From Squalus acanthias (Eukaryota): 64,000 nucleotides of DNA. The position numbers and the translations under genes were made by a program. Positions 38,862 through 50,480 of the stretch are shown here, in pieces; within the stretch, counting starts at the first letter, position 1; the number at the start of each line of letters is the position of its first letter. The DNA is taken from positions 173,664,001 to 173,728,000 of the forward strand of contig CM059425.1 of NCBI GenBank assembly GCA_030390025.1, written 5' to 3'. Under the pieces are notes generated by a model. The model was given only the letters and a program-made list of their open reading frames with translations, was not told the origin of the DNA and did no database searches.

Positions 38862-39311
38862 AAGAAAGACTTGCATTTATATCGCGCCTTTCACAACCAC
38901 TGGACGTCCCAAAACGCTTTACAGCCAATGAAGTACTTTTTGAAGTGTAGTCACTGGTGTAATGTAGGCAACGCGACAGCCAATTTGCGCACAGCAAGCT
39001 CCCACGAACAGCAATGTGATAATGACCAGATAATCTGTTTTTTTAGTGATGTTGATTGAGGAATAAATATTGGCCAGGACACCAGGGGTAATTCCCCTGC
39101 TCGTCTTCGAAATAGTGCCATGGGATCTTTTACGTCCACCTGAGAGAGCAGACGGGGCCTCGGTTTAACGTCTCATCCAAAAGACAGCACCTCCGACAAT
39201 GCAGCACTCCCTCAGTACAAGATTTCTGTGCTCAAGTCTCTGGAGTGGGACTTGAAGCCACAACCTCTGACTCAGGCGAGGGTGCTACCAACTTGAGCCA
39301 TGGCTGACACT
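38862..39311 (-). mobile_element. DeuSINE-type SINE (near full length)
   Basis: reverse complement of the 27135 copy. Confidence 0.85.
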
Positions 39312-39539
39312 GTGGCTCAAAGGTAATGGCAAATACAATAATGTTATCAAATCTTATAAGAGATATCAGAAACCAAATGAATTGTACAAAATACAGACTT
39401 TACAACAGCAACTTTCATTTGTAGAGCACCTTTAACATAGTAAAATGACCCAAGGTGCTTCACAGGAGTGTTAAACAAAATTTGACACTGAGCCACATGA
39501 GATATTAGGACTGGTGACAGGTGCACACCTCAAATTTTC

Positions 39540-40781
39540 AGTTGATCAGAGAGAGCCAGCATGGATTTGTGAAAGGTAGGTCATACCTGACAACCTGATT
39601 GAATGGATGTTATTTATATGGACTTCCAGAAGGTATTTGATAAAGTCCCACATAAGGGACTGTTATCTAAGGTAGCAGCCCACGGAGTTGAGGGCAAATT
39701 ATTGACCTGGTTAGGAAATTGGCTGAGTGGCAGGAGACAGAGAGTAGGAATAATGGGCGGGTACTCTAATTGGCAGGATGTGACTAATGGTGTCCCGCAG
39801 GGATCTGTCTGTGTTGGGGCCTCAACAATTCACAATATTTATTAACGGCTTAGATGATGGCATAGAAAGTCATATATCCAAATTTGCCGATGACACAAAG
39901 ATAGGTGACATTGTAAGCAGTGTAGATGAAAGCATAAAATTACAAAGGGATATCGATAGATTAAGTGAATGGGCAAAACTGTGGCAAATGGATTTCAATG
40001 TAAGCAAATGCGAGGTCATCCACTTTGGACCTAAAAAGGATAGAACAGGGTACTTTCTAAATGGTAAAAAGCTAAAAACAGTGGATATCCAAAGAGACTC
40101 GGGGGTTCAGGTACATAGATCATTAAAATGTCATGAACAGGTACAGAAAATAATCAAAAATGCTAGCCTTTATATCTAGAGGACTAGAGTACAAGTGGGT
40201 AGAAGTTATGCTGCAGCTATACAAAACCCTGGTTAGACCAGACCAGGAGTACTGTGAGCAGTCTGGGCACCAGACTTTAGGGAGGCTATAATGGCCTTGG
40301 AGGGAGTGCAGTGTAGGTTTACCAGAATGATACCTGGACTTCAAGGGTTAAGTTACGTGGAGAGATTACACAAATTAGGGTTGTATGCCCTAGAATTTAG
40401 AAGGTGATCTGATCGAAGTTTTCAAGATATTAAGGGGAACAGATAGGGTAGATAGAGAGAAACTATTTCCACTGGTTGGGGATTCTAGGACTAGGGGGCA
40501 TAGTCTAAAAATTAGAGCCAGACCGTTCGGGTGTGAAATTAGGAAACACTTCCACACAAAAAGGAAGGTAGAAGTTTGGAACTCTCTTCCGCAAACTGCA
40601 ATTGATGCTAGATCAATTGTTAATTTTAAATCGGAGACGGATCGCTTTTTGTTAATCAAAGGTATTAAGGGATATGGGCCAAATGCGGGTATATGGAGTT
40701 AGATCGCAGATCAGCCATGATCTCATCGAATGGCGGAACAGGCTCGAGGGGCTGAATGGCCTACTCCGGTTCCTATGTTCC
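39540..40781 (+). mobile_element. CR1 LINE 3' portion (same subfamily as outer element A at 49985-60973)
   Basis: RT motifs DVIYMDFQK, SKFADDTKIG; closely similar to 53949-54083 and 60061-60973. Confidence 0.9.
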
Positions 40782-41814
40782 TAAAAGCTTGGTTGAAGAG
40801 AGGTTTTAAGGAAAAGAGAGAGGTTGAGATGCGGAGAAGTTTAGAGAGGGAATTTTGGAGCATAGGGTTTAGGCAGCTGAAGGCACGGCCGCCAGAGTTG
40901 GAGCTATTAAAATCGGGAATGCGCAAGAGGCCAGAATTAGAGGAGCGCAGATATCTCGGAGGGTTGTGGGGCTGGAGGAGGTTACAAAGATGGGGAGGGG
41001 TGAGGCCATGGAGGGATTTGAAAATAAGGATGAGAATTTTAAAATTGAGGCATTGCCTGACCAGGATCCAGTGTAGGCCAGTGAGCATAGTGGTGATGGG
41101 TGAACGGGTTTGGTGCGAGTTAGGATACGGGCAGCAGAGTTTTGGATGAGCTTAAGTTTATGGAGGGTGGAAAATGGGAGACCGACCAGGAGCGCGTTGG
41201 CATAGTCACATCTAGAGGTAACGAAGACTTTCAGCAGCAGATGAGCTGAGGCGGGGCGGAGTCTGGGGATGTTAGGGAGGTGGAAGTAGGTGGTCTTGGG
41301 TGATGGAGTGGATATGTGGTCGGAACCTCATCTCAGTCAAATACGACGCCAAGGTTGCGAACGGTCTAGTTCAGCTGCAGACAGTTGCCGGGGAGACGGA
41401 TGGAGTCGGTGGCTATGGAACAATGTTTATGGCGGAGACCGAAGACAATGGCTTCGGTCTTGCCAATATTTAGTTGAGAATTTCTGCTCATCCAGTCAGA
41501 CAAGCAGTGTGACAAATTCGAGACAGTGGAGGGGTCGAGAAAGAGCTGATGGTGAGGTAGAGCTAGGTGTCATCAGCGTCATTTGGAACCTGACGTGTTT
41601 TCAAATGATGTCGTCAATGGGCAGCATGTAGATGAGCAATCGGAGAGGGGCCAAGGATAGATCATTGGGCACTCCAGAGGTAACAGAGCAGGAAGAGAAG
41701 CGATTGCAGGTGCTCTCTGGCTACGACTAGATAGCTAAGAATGGAGCCAGGTGAGTGCAGACCCACCCAGCTGGACGACGTAGGAGAAGCGTTGGAGAAG
41801 GATGGTGTGGTCAA

Positions 41815-41972
41815 CAGTGTTCCCTATAATTTTATGGGGGGTCTGCGCAACCCCTTTAACGGGCTGCGTGGCCCATTCAAAAGTCCGTGCATGCGCGTTT
41901 TTGTCAATTTAAAAGCTGGCTCACCGGTTGCGCAGGACCCCTGGAGCACTGCGCAGCTTAAAGGGAACATTT
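41815..41972. mobile_element. hAT-type MITE (158 bp)
   Basis: termini cagtgttccct / agggaacattt; perfect 8-bp TSD gtggtcaa at 41807-41814 and 41973-41980. Confidence 0.85.
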
Positions 41973-42080
41973 GTGGTCAACTGTGACAAAAGGCTGCAGA
42001 CAGGTCGAGAAGGAGGGATAGTTTACGACGGTCACAGTCACATAGGGTGTCATTTGTGACCCTTTTTAAGGCCTTGACAT

Positions 42081-42200
42081 CAATGTTCCCTTTGTTTGGT
42101 CCGTGCGGCCCCTTCAAAATTACGCGCATTAGCTTTTTTTCTATTTAAAAGTTAGCTCACCGGCTGCGTGGGACCTGCAGAGCGCTGTGTGGGAACATTG
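42081..42200. mobile_element. hAT-type MITE (120 bp), same family as 41815
   Basis: perfect 10-bp TIR caatgttccc / gggaacattg; 8-bp TSD cttgacat / cttgatat. Confidence 0.85.
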
Positions 42201-42244
42201 CTTGATATCCTTCTTAAAGTTTGTTGCCCAGAATTGGACACACT

Positions 42245-42851
42245 GGCCCGGAATTTGCGGTCAGCAGTGAAGCAAATGCGGTTGTCGCTGGCCCTGCAGT
42301 AAGCTTCACAAGGATCTCGTAATCTCTGTGTCAAAGTTCGGGTTTTCCGACATGTAATTCAAATCAACGTAGTACAGTGTTAATCCCCTAGTGCGAGCTG
42401 CTGTGATGTCAACAAGCTGTCTTAGCAGCCAATCAAAATGCAGAATTCTGACAGACAGCGAAGTGGGTACGCTCTTAAAATTCTAACTTTTTAAAAATGT
42501 TAGAGCAACACACAGATTGGGGCTCTCGTGGGGAAAAGGCAAACCTGAAATTAAAAAAAGTTTCATAATTTTAATTTTTATTAAATTGGATAAATTTGTC
42601 ACTGCACAAAATTAAAATTAAGTTTTTTTAGGGCCATAACCTTTGTTTAGCAGTCAATATGCTGTTAAACCCCCCAGTTACCCCAATCTCTTTGGGTCTA
42701 ACTTTTAGTGGGGAATTTAACAGCGTAATTACTGCAGAAGAGCGGAAGTTTTCATTAGTTCCCCTAATTTGAAAGCTTACACTGATTCCCGGGTGGGGGG
42801 GGGCAGCTAACACTGCCAGTTCGCCGTCATCAGGACCGCAAATTCTGGGCC
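42245..42851. mobile_element. Harbinger-type MITE (607 bp) inserted in a minus-strand CR1 fragment (~42209-43205)
   Basis: TIR ggcccggaatttgcggtc / gaccgcaaattctgggcc (17/18); flanks act / aat; removing it restores CR1-like gcccagaattggacacaatattc. Confidence 0.85.
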
Positions 42852-43584
42852 AATATTCTAGCTGGGGCCTAACCAGTGAGAAAGTTTACCATAACTTCCT
42901 TGCTTTTGTGCTCTATGCCTCTGTTTATAAAGTCAAGGATTCCATATGTTTTTTAACAGCCTTCTCAAATTGTCCTGCCACCTTCAAAGATTTGTGTATG
43001 TGAACCCTGAGGTCTCTCTGTTCCTGCACCCACTTTAAAATTGTACAGTTTAATTTATATTGCCTCCTAATTTTTCCTTCAAAATGCCTCACTTCACACT
43101 TCCCTGTGTCTTCCCATTTCATCAGTCTGTCTATGTCCTCTTAAAGCCTGCTACTATCCTCCTCACTGTTTACTACATTTCCAGGCTTTGTGTCATCTGC
43201 AAACTTTAAAAATATGTTTGTGCTTCTTAAATGTTATGCATAGTTTGGTAAAGTTCTGTTAATGTCCATGCATAGCAGATTTCAAATGCTGACGACTATA
43301 AATATAGTGCTGGTTAATTTTATATACCATTTAATGTATTGCATTGGAAATCTAGGCACATTTATTCATTTGTGGCAAGCACAAGGGGGTGATACTCAAG
43401 TGTTTGTTCTTTACTCCCTCATTCTTCATTCCACTGAGGTTGAAACCAATAGGAATTGAACAAGACTATTCGTGGATTAAGCCAGTAATGAAGTGCAATA
43501 GGAGAATTGTCAATTATTTCTCACCTTCTATCTTGAAATATTTAGATGATGAAGTAACAATTTTGTTTTTAGACTTTCCACCGA

Positions 43585-43925
43585 GGGAGTGATGCATTAT
43601 CAGAGGTGACATCTTTCAGATAAGATGTTTTACGAAGCCCTTATCTGCCTATTCAGATGGGTGTTAAAGATCCCATGGCAGTATTCAAGGTAAAGCAGGG
43701 AAATTCTGCCATTGTCCTGGCCAGCACTTGTACCTCAATCAACACCTCAAGTCCGATTAACTGGTTATTTATCTCATTGCTGTCTGTAAGAGGTTGCTGT
43801 GTGCAAATTGGCTTTCATGTTTGGCTACAAAACAGCAGTGCCCACGCTTCAAAAGCAATTCATTGGCTGTGAAGCATTTTGGGACGTCCTGAGGATATGA
43901 AAGACAGTATATAAATGCAGGTTCT
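43585..43925 (+). mobile_element. DeuSINE-type SINE, 5'-truncated
   Basis: core aaagatcccatggca...gtcctggcca and tail tatataaatgcag. Confidence 0.75.
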
Positions 43926-44154
43926 TTTCTTTTTATAAAAGCACAACTGCACATAACCATAAGTGAGTAGAAACTGTAAGAGTCATAAATCAATGGGCTG
44001 TCAATGAATTTGAATTAGGAAAATGTATATTTCCTTTCAAAAAATAAATAAATGCAAGTGTTTGGATGGGTTGACCATGAAATGCATGCCAACAATTATG
44101 GTAATTGGGATGAACAGCAAATCCTAAAAAGTCCTTTTCTCCTTTTTTGTTTAG

Positions 44155-44252
44155 GTCCAACAACACGCTGTATAATATTATTTCCCTTCGGCCGCTTCCT
44201 GCTGATTATCAACCTTCTGTTATAATGCTTCCTGGAATGTGCCAACAACAAG
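44155..44252 (+). CDS. WDR36: WDR36 exon 9 in window: (W)SNNTLYNIISLRPLPADYQPSVIMLPGMCQQQ(E)
   Basis: tttag|G acceptor, AAG|gttttt (weak) donor; 98 nt, phase 2/1; SLRPLPADY motif. Confidence 0.92.
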
Positions 44253-44545
44253 GTTTTTTTTTAATGAATTTTCCAGAAATTGCATTTAAATTTTAGTTTT
44301 TCAGGCTGCTTAATATTGTGTATATGATGCTACACCTCATGATTAAAACCACATCTATAAAAATTATAATGTTGATTATTTGGCTTTCTTGGGTTCTCTT
44401 TAAACAGAACATGTAATGTATGTGCAAGTTTAATTACAAGCCCAATTTTTCATAAACTTAACAGAAAGTATTTAGGTTATTACAACTTGTTGGCATTTAA
44501 CGTTTTTAACATTTTTAAATAATGTGGAAACCACTTTTGTTTTAG

Positions 44546-44691
44546 AGCTGGAGACTTCAGAGAATGATGAGGAAGTAGAAGGTCAGATGATAGAATATGT
44601 TTCATCTGAACAGCTCGGAGAGCAGTTGGTGACGCTCTCTTTGCTTCCAGAATCACGCTGGAAAAATCTCCTCAACCTCGATGTTATCAAG
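44546..44691 (+). CDS. WDR36: WDR36 exon 10 in window: (E)LETSENDEEVEGQMIEYVSSEQLGEQLVTLSLLPESRWKNLLNLDVIK
   Basis: tttag|AG acceptor, AAG|gtagaa donor; 146 nt, phase 1/0; start of the Utp21-specific C-terminal domain (LVTLSLLPESRWKNLLNLD). Confidence 0.96.
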
Positions 44692-45182
44692 GTAGAAAAT
44701 AGTTAATGTGCTTTTTAATCTAAATTTTCTTGAATGAATATTTTTATGCTATTATTTATAGTGGTGTTACGTGAAAATAACACGTGCTTTAGAAAAAAAG
44801 TCAAATCAGTTGTCATTACTCTGCCTTCTGTGCACATATATTGCTTTGTACACACATTCCACTGATGGCTTACAATATGTGGTCTTGTTCGTTCATTCAT
44901 TCATAGTTTAAATGTTGGAAATTGCTTACTACCTAAATTTCAGTTAAATGTTTACTTTATTTTTGAATGTTTGTCTAATAACTTTATAATAAGCCATACT
45001 TTCATTATCCATAAGTTATTTGAGAAGTCAGGGATAATTTTAATTGGTTAGAATGATGTTATATCAAACTAAAGGTACCATCATATATTTTAGTGAAACT
45101 TCTCTTGATGACCATTTTAAAATCATACTTTGTACACTCTTGTGTTCTGATCATTCATCTGTTTTGTTTGGCTGATCTACAG

Positions 45183-45302
45183 AAAAGAAACAAACCCAAG
45201 GAACCACCTAAAGTGCCCAAATCTGTTCCCTTCTTCATTCCAACTGTTCCTGGCCTTGTGCCTCACTTTGCTGCTGCAGAAAAACAAACTGCTGGGGACC
45301 AG
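45183..45302 (+). CDS. WDR36: WDR36 exon 11 in window: KRNKPKEPPKVPKSVPFFIPTVPGLVPHFAAAEKQTAGDQ
   Basis: ctacag|AAA acceptor, CAG|gtagga donor; 120 nt, phase 0/0; NKPKEPPK..PFF Utp21 motif. Confidence 0.96.
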
Positions 45303-45938
45303 GTAGGAGGGAAACCAATAGTGTCTGATTTATGCCTATGGTGATACTAACATGATTTAAGGCAGGCCAAAAGCTTGTGTTTGAGCCTTTTGCAAGTTTT
45401 TGACATTTATGCTCTTTTATGCATTTTGGTTTTCTTGGTTTGAAAATGTTACAGGTGTGGAAGAGATGGCAGATGTAAAATTATCAAGAGGCACGTAAAA
45501 TCTGTTGCTTAAAAATATACACTCAGTTGGTTTTGGCATCATTAGATCCGTCTTAATTCCATCATAACAAAAGGAAAACAAGATTTCTCCTTTAGAAATT
45601 GCAGCAAAAAATTAATTTATTTGGATTGATGAAGATAATATAGACATTAAATGTATCTGATGCAGTATGATGGAGGATTGTTAAGAATTAATGTAATCTG
45701 GAGTATAACATTCTCTACATAGATTCAGAAATTAATAAGTATCAGGACCATTGTGGCATGTTGTGTTCTAAATCTTATTTCCAAGACTTAAAAATAAATT
45801 CAGGATATTTTCTACATTTGAATTCAGTTCTATAATATTGCAAAATATAGATGTCTGGTGCAAAGGAAGTTCTGAAATCAGAGTAAAGGATGCTGAAATG
45901 TTCTTCAATTCAACTAAATCTTTTTATCCTATTCTCAG

Positions 45939-46020
45939 TCCAAAGTGGTAAACCTGGGCACATTGGCACAAAAAACCGAATTGTACATGCAGCTGGAGGG
46001 TGCTCTAAACACCAGTAATT
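45939..46020 (+). CDS. WDR36: WDR36 exon 12 in window: SKVVNLGTLAQKTELYMQLEGALNTSN(Y)
   Basis: tctcag|TCC acceptor, ATT|gtaagt donor; 82 nt, phase 0/1; SKVVNLGxLAQK motif. Confidence 0.94.
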
Positions 46021-48099
46021 GTAAGTAACTTGTAGACAGTGTTTTTTCTTAAATTGTGTGCCCGGTATCCCTTTTATTGATAAAAAATATTGTCAATATT
46101 CTACACTTCTGCTAACATTGGACTATGCCATGTAAGAATAGTAAGTTAGTGGTCTTCACCAAATCAACATGAAACAGTCAGGTTCTTATGAGTGCTATCT
46201 TATTTTTTCTAAAGTTGTGAGCACATACAGCAATCTTGGCAAAGAAGCAGAGATCTCATGTTTTGAATAAGTTATTCAATTCTGCCGACTTGGTTCTCTG
46301 TACATTATGTTGTGACTGTGAAAGTGACCTATTCTCTGACTTCTGCCTGTGTTATCCACGAAAAAGCTGTTGGAAGGGACATGGGAGTTGTGCAGGAATC
46401 CATTTTCCACAGCTTTTCTTTCCTGTCTGGGAAAGTTCCTTGCTACTGCTTGGCATCTGCTACAAATGACCTAGCTAGGATTGTGTACTTGTGATATAGG
46501 GGATCATATGACTTTTATACTGTGACTGATTTGTTAAGAGCTAAACCTTGCACTACTATACAGATAACGTAGATAAAAATAAAGATGCAGAGCATATTGT
46601 TCTTAGATTCTCTATATATCGTGGGAATAAAGCCTAGCTTGATTGGTTCTGGATAAAGCATGTGTTTAGAATTCATATGAAAATGATGTGGTAGATAAGT
46701 GGGACGGTCTTTTTGTCCCATATGGTATAAAGCCCCAGCATCTGCACCATTGCATCATTTTGTTTCCCCTCAGCTGTTTGTTGCTTATCACACCTTGCTA
46801 CTGAATTGCATCTCTCCACAAGAGTAGGTTAGATGACAAAGTCATTGCAGTTTCACACTTTGCAAGTGATTTCTGTTTCTAGACGGTAGTATTTTCTGGT
46901 TTTATCCTGAGAAGGTGTTGGCATTGGTTGGTGAACCTCTCAAAAATATATTTATATGGGCACACAAATAATCAAGGAAAATAAAATCAATACTAGTAGC
47001 TTGTTTAAGGGTTCAGCTGCAAGCAGTGCTCTTTCCAGGGCTTAGGATAACAATCATCAACCGTACCCTTCAGACAGCCACATAGAGATGTGAAAGAGCA
47101 AGCAAAATATCCAAAACCCCAAAAAAGGAGTTATGAGACACAATTTGAATTTGAGCACTCAGCTTAGTGAATCTTCTCTCTTACCCGCCGGCCCACCCCC
47201 ATTTTAAGCTGAGTGTTGGGTTCTTTGGTACATCTGGCACTGACCTATGTAATGTATTGCCTGCATTGAAACTATTAAATATCTTCACATTTGGGATAGC
47301 TTGTCAGCACCAACTTTAATATACTGTGAAAATGCAATGGCCAATTGTGTTGAGCACAGTCAATCCATAAAATGCTTGGCACCATGCTTAACAGTACTGC
47401 TTGGTAAATTTGTCTTTGGTTCTGAAGCCATACCTATAGAAGAGCGATCACATTGTATGCCTCTTACCATTTATGACAAAAATTGATCTTATAAAAAAGG
47501 ACGCCCATTCCTAGTCATTGATCTCAGTACATCCAGCCACTCGTACTTGGATGTCATCCATGCTCTTCTGGCACTGGAGACATGCCAACCGTTTGGGGCT
47601 TTGTTGATTGGTCTCTGGTGAATATTGTACATGCCAAAGGCAAAACACCTGATTTTTTTCAGTTTAGCAGTGCACATCTTCCTGAAATGGTGACATAGCC
47701 AACAAAGAAATTCCTGTCACGCCAGAAAGTTATCACAAAAGCCTCTATAGTGTTCGTCAGTATCGGTAACCTTTCAGACGACAGATCCGTGGGAATAGTA
47801 CAAATATACCATAAAATCAAATCTAAATATTCGTCTGGGAAGAGGCCAGATACTGACTGTAACAGAAAGTATATTTATGCAAACACAATTCTGTATTCCC
47901 AGGCCCCACCGTGGCGAGTAGGTAACCCAAGTGTGATTCCTGTTGATGCCCTATTCACTTGGAGTAGCATCGTAGACTTCTTTCTGAAAGGGGATTTGAA
48001 GAAGAGTGTGCCTACCTAGAGTGGGACTTGGATCTTCTGGCTCACAGACAATAATGCTATCATTTAGCCAAATTGACACACTATACACACGACACACTA

Positions 48100-48935
48100 T
48101 ATTTTGTTTAATACCATGTGCCTTAATTTTCACAACTTATCAAATATCTTCTCAAAATCCATATGTACACATCTCACTGCATTCTGTAATCTAATTCTTT
48201 GTGATGTCTACAAAAAATGCAATTAAATTGGTCAAAGACGCCTGGCCTTTACAAATCCATGCTGATTCTCCTTGATTAGCCCAAGTCTTTCTAAGTTTAC
48301 TGTGTATGTATATATACTTGAAAAACACTTTTCTTGAAAGTTTGCAGTGTTTCTCAAGTTTAAAAAAAAATCTGTTTGCCTTTTTATCTAATTCTCCTGC
48401 TATCGGGTTCCTTTTGTATTTTAAAAGCCTCTGCTTATCCCTAATCTTATCTTTATATCCCTGCTTTGCCTCCTTAGCTTCCATTTATCTTTAATTCTTT
48501 TTGACTTGGCTCAAATGAACTCTCTGATCTGCTTGTCCCTATGCCAATTTGCACGTGGCTCGGGTAACAATCCAGAGATTATTTATTACCTTTGAGGTTC
48601 TGCTTTTTAATTTGGATCATAGCTCTCCTCAAACACTCTCAGCAGAACCTTATACCTTTGTTGTTGGTTCCTACGTGGATCACGACAACTGGATCCTCCC
48701 CCTCCCACTCCAAATTCTTCTCCAGCCGCGAGGAGATATCCTTAACCCTGGCACCGGGCAGGCAACACAGCCTTCGGAACGCTCGGTTGCAGCTGCAGAG
48801 AACAGTATCTATCCCCCTGACTATACTGTCCCCTACCACATTCCTTTTCACTCCCCCCCCCACTTGAATGGCCTCCTGTACCACCGTACCATGGTCAGTT
48901 TGCACATCCACCCTGCAAACTTTGCCCTGCCTTGA
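48100..48935 (-). mobile_element. CR1 fragment including the ORF1 SGNH/GDSL esterase region
   Basis: VVGDSIVRG...CCLPGARVKDI...VVIHVGTNN; small ORF2 pieces (QGESAWI/SLTNLI, KIKAHGI) downstream. Confidence 0.85.
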
Positions 48936-49252
48936 CACCCCATGTGCAACACCATGGGAGGTAGACGAGAATAGTTATACATTTAGTATACGAGTCGAAG
49001 TGCTTGTACACATTCCTGTTCTTCAAAAGAAAAAATTCTTTGACGGCAAGCTCCCAAGGACCAGGTTTTTTTTTCCAGGTAATTGGGGGTTATGAGCCAT
49101 GGAGATTAGTGGGTCATGATGTTAATGAGCATGAGATCCAGGTTTTAAGTTTAAGGCTAGCCAGAAAAAAACAAAGTGGGCAGGTAGGCCAAGGCAAGTG
49201 AGAAGGCAGGCAGCTACTACACCACCAAGGAAAACAAATAGAACTGGTGGGG

Positions 49253-49483
49253 CAAAAGCAAAATACTGCAGATGCTGGAAATCTGAAATAAAAACAGAAA
49301 ATGCTGGAAATACTCAGCAAGTCAGGCAGCATCTGTGGAGAGAGAAAAAGAGTTAACGTTTCAGGTCGATGACCCTTCGTCAGTTCTGACGAAGGGTCAT
49401 CGACCTGAAAGGTTAACTCTGTTTCTCTCTCCACAGATGCTGCCTGACCTGCTGAGTATTTCCAGCATTTTCTGTTTTTATTT
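49253..49483. mobile_element. Penelope-derived near-perfect hairpin insertion
   Basis: ~100-bp inverted arms around a 2-nt centre (49384-49385); 14-bp direct repeat tagaactggtgggg at 49239-49252 and 49484-49497. Confidence 0.88.
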
Positions 49484-50480
49484 TAGAACTGGTGGGGGGC
49501 AGGTAAGCTGTAGCTGGGTTGAAGAAGTCTTTAAAAAGGGGCAAAAGGTAAAAGAAATTTAGTAATGAAGAATAGAACTGGGTGACTCGCATCACAGCAG
49601 CACTACTGGTGGCCAGGGGCAGTGCAATTACAGCGTGATAAATGTTGACCTGTTTTTTTCAATTGTAAAATGTTGAAAGTTCCAGTGGGTTTTTTCCATT
49701 ATAAGTGGTGACGGAAAATTATCACTGCAGAAAATTAGGTTTGTGATCAGAAAGTGTGTCATACACAAAACTTTTAATATACATAGTTGCAGTAGTGCAG
49801 TGGCTATGTTACTGGACAATCGGCTCCAAGTCACACACAATCCCAACTTGGGCATATAATCAGCGTTCCTTCATCGTCACTGGGTCAAAATCCTGGAACT
49901 CCCTACACAGCAGCATTGTGGGAGTACATTCACCACACTTACTGCAGCAGTTGAAGAAGGCGAGTTGCCACCTTCTGAAGAGCTACAAAAAGGGAGTATG
50001 AAAGGAAACTTGCAAGGGATATCAACACATTTTTTTTACAATTAGGAAAGAAAGGGTAGTCGGGAGCAATGTTGGCCCCTTAAAAACTGAAAGCAGTGAT
50101 ATTATTAATGATAAGGAAATGGTGGACTTGTTGAATAATTACTTTGTCAGTATTTACAGTAGAGGAAGACGATAGCATGCCAGAAATCCCAAGGAAACTA
50201 AATCAGGGACAGGGACTCAATAAAATTAATGTAAGTAAAATAACAGTAATGAAGAAAATAATGGCCCTAAAGAGTGACAAATCCCAGGACCAGATGGTTA
50301 CCATCCCAGCGTTTTAAAGGAAGTAGGTGAGTACATTGCAGATGCCCTAACTATAATCTTCCAAAGTTCTCTCGATTCAGGAACCATTCCTTTAGATTGG
50401 AAAATTGTGCATGTCACTCCGCTATTTAAAAATGGTGAGAGAGGGAAACCAGGGAATAATAGACCAGTTAGACTAACATC

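Larger units (their letters stand above)
39405..42072 (-). mobile_element. L2 LINE, interrupted by a CR1 (39540-40781) and a hAT MITE
   Basis: tail at 39405-39518 resumes at ~40783; LHW......FKIL...FKSLHGL.P..L and GGRAFS motifs; RT continues to ~42070. Confidence 0.85.

Noticed and set aside
48639..48938. Cellular GDSL lipase/esterase gene
   Set aside because: Matches the esterase domain known from CR1 ORF1 and is adjacent to CR1 ORF2 fragments
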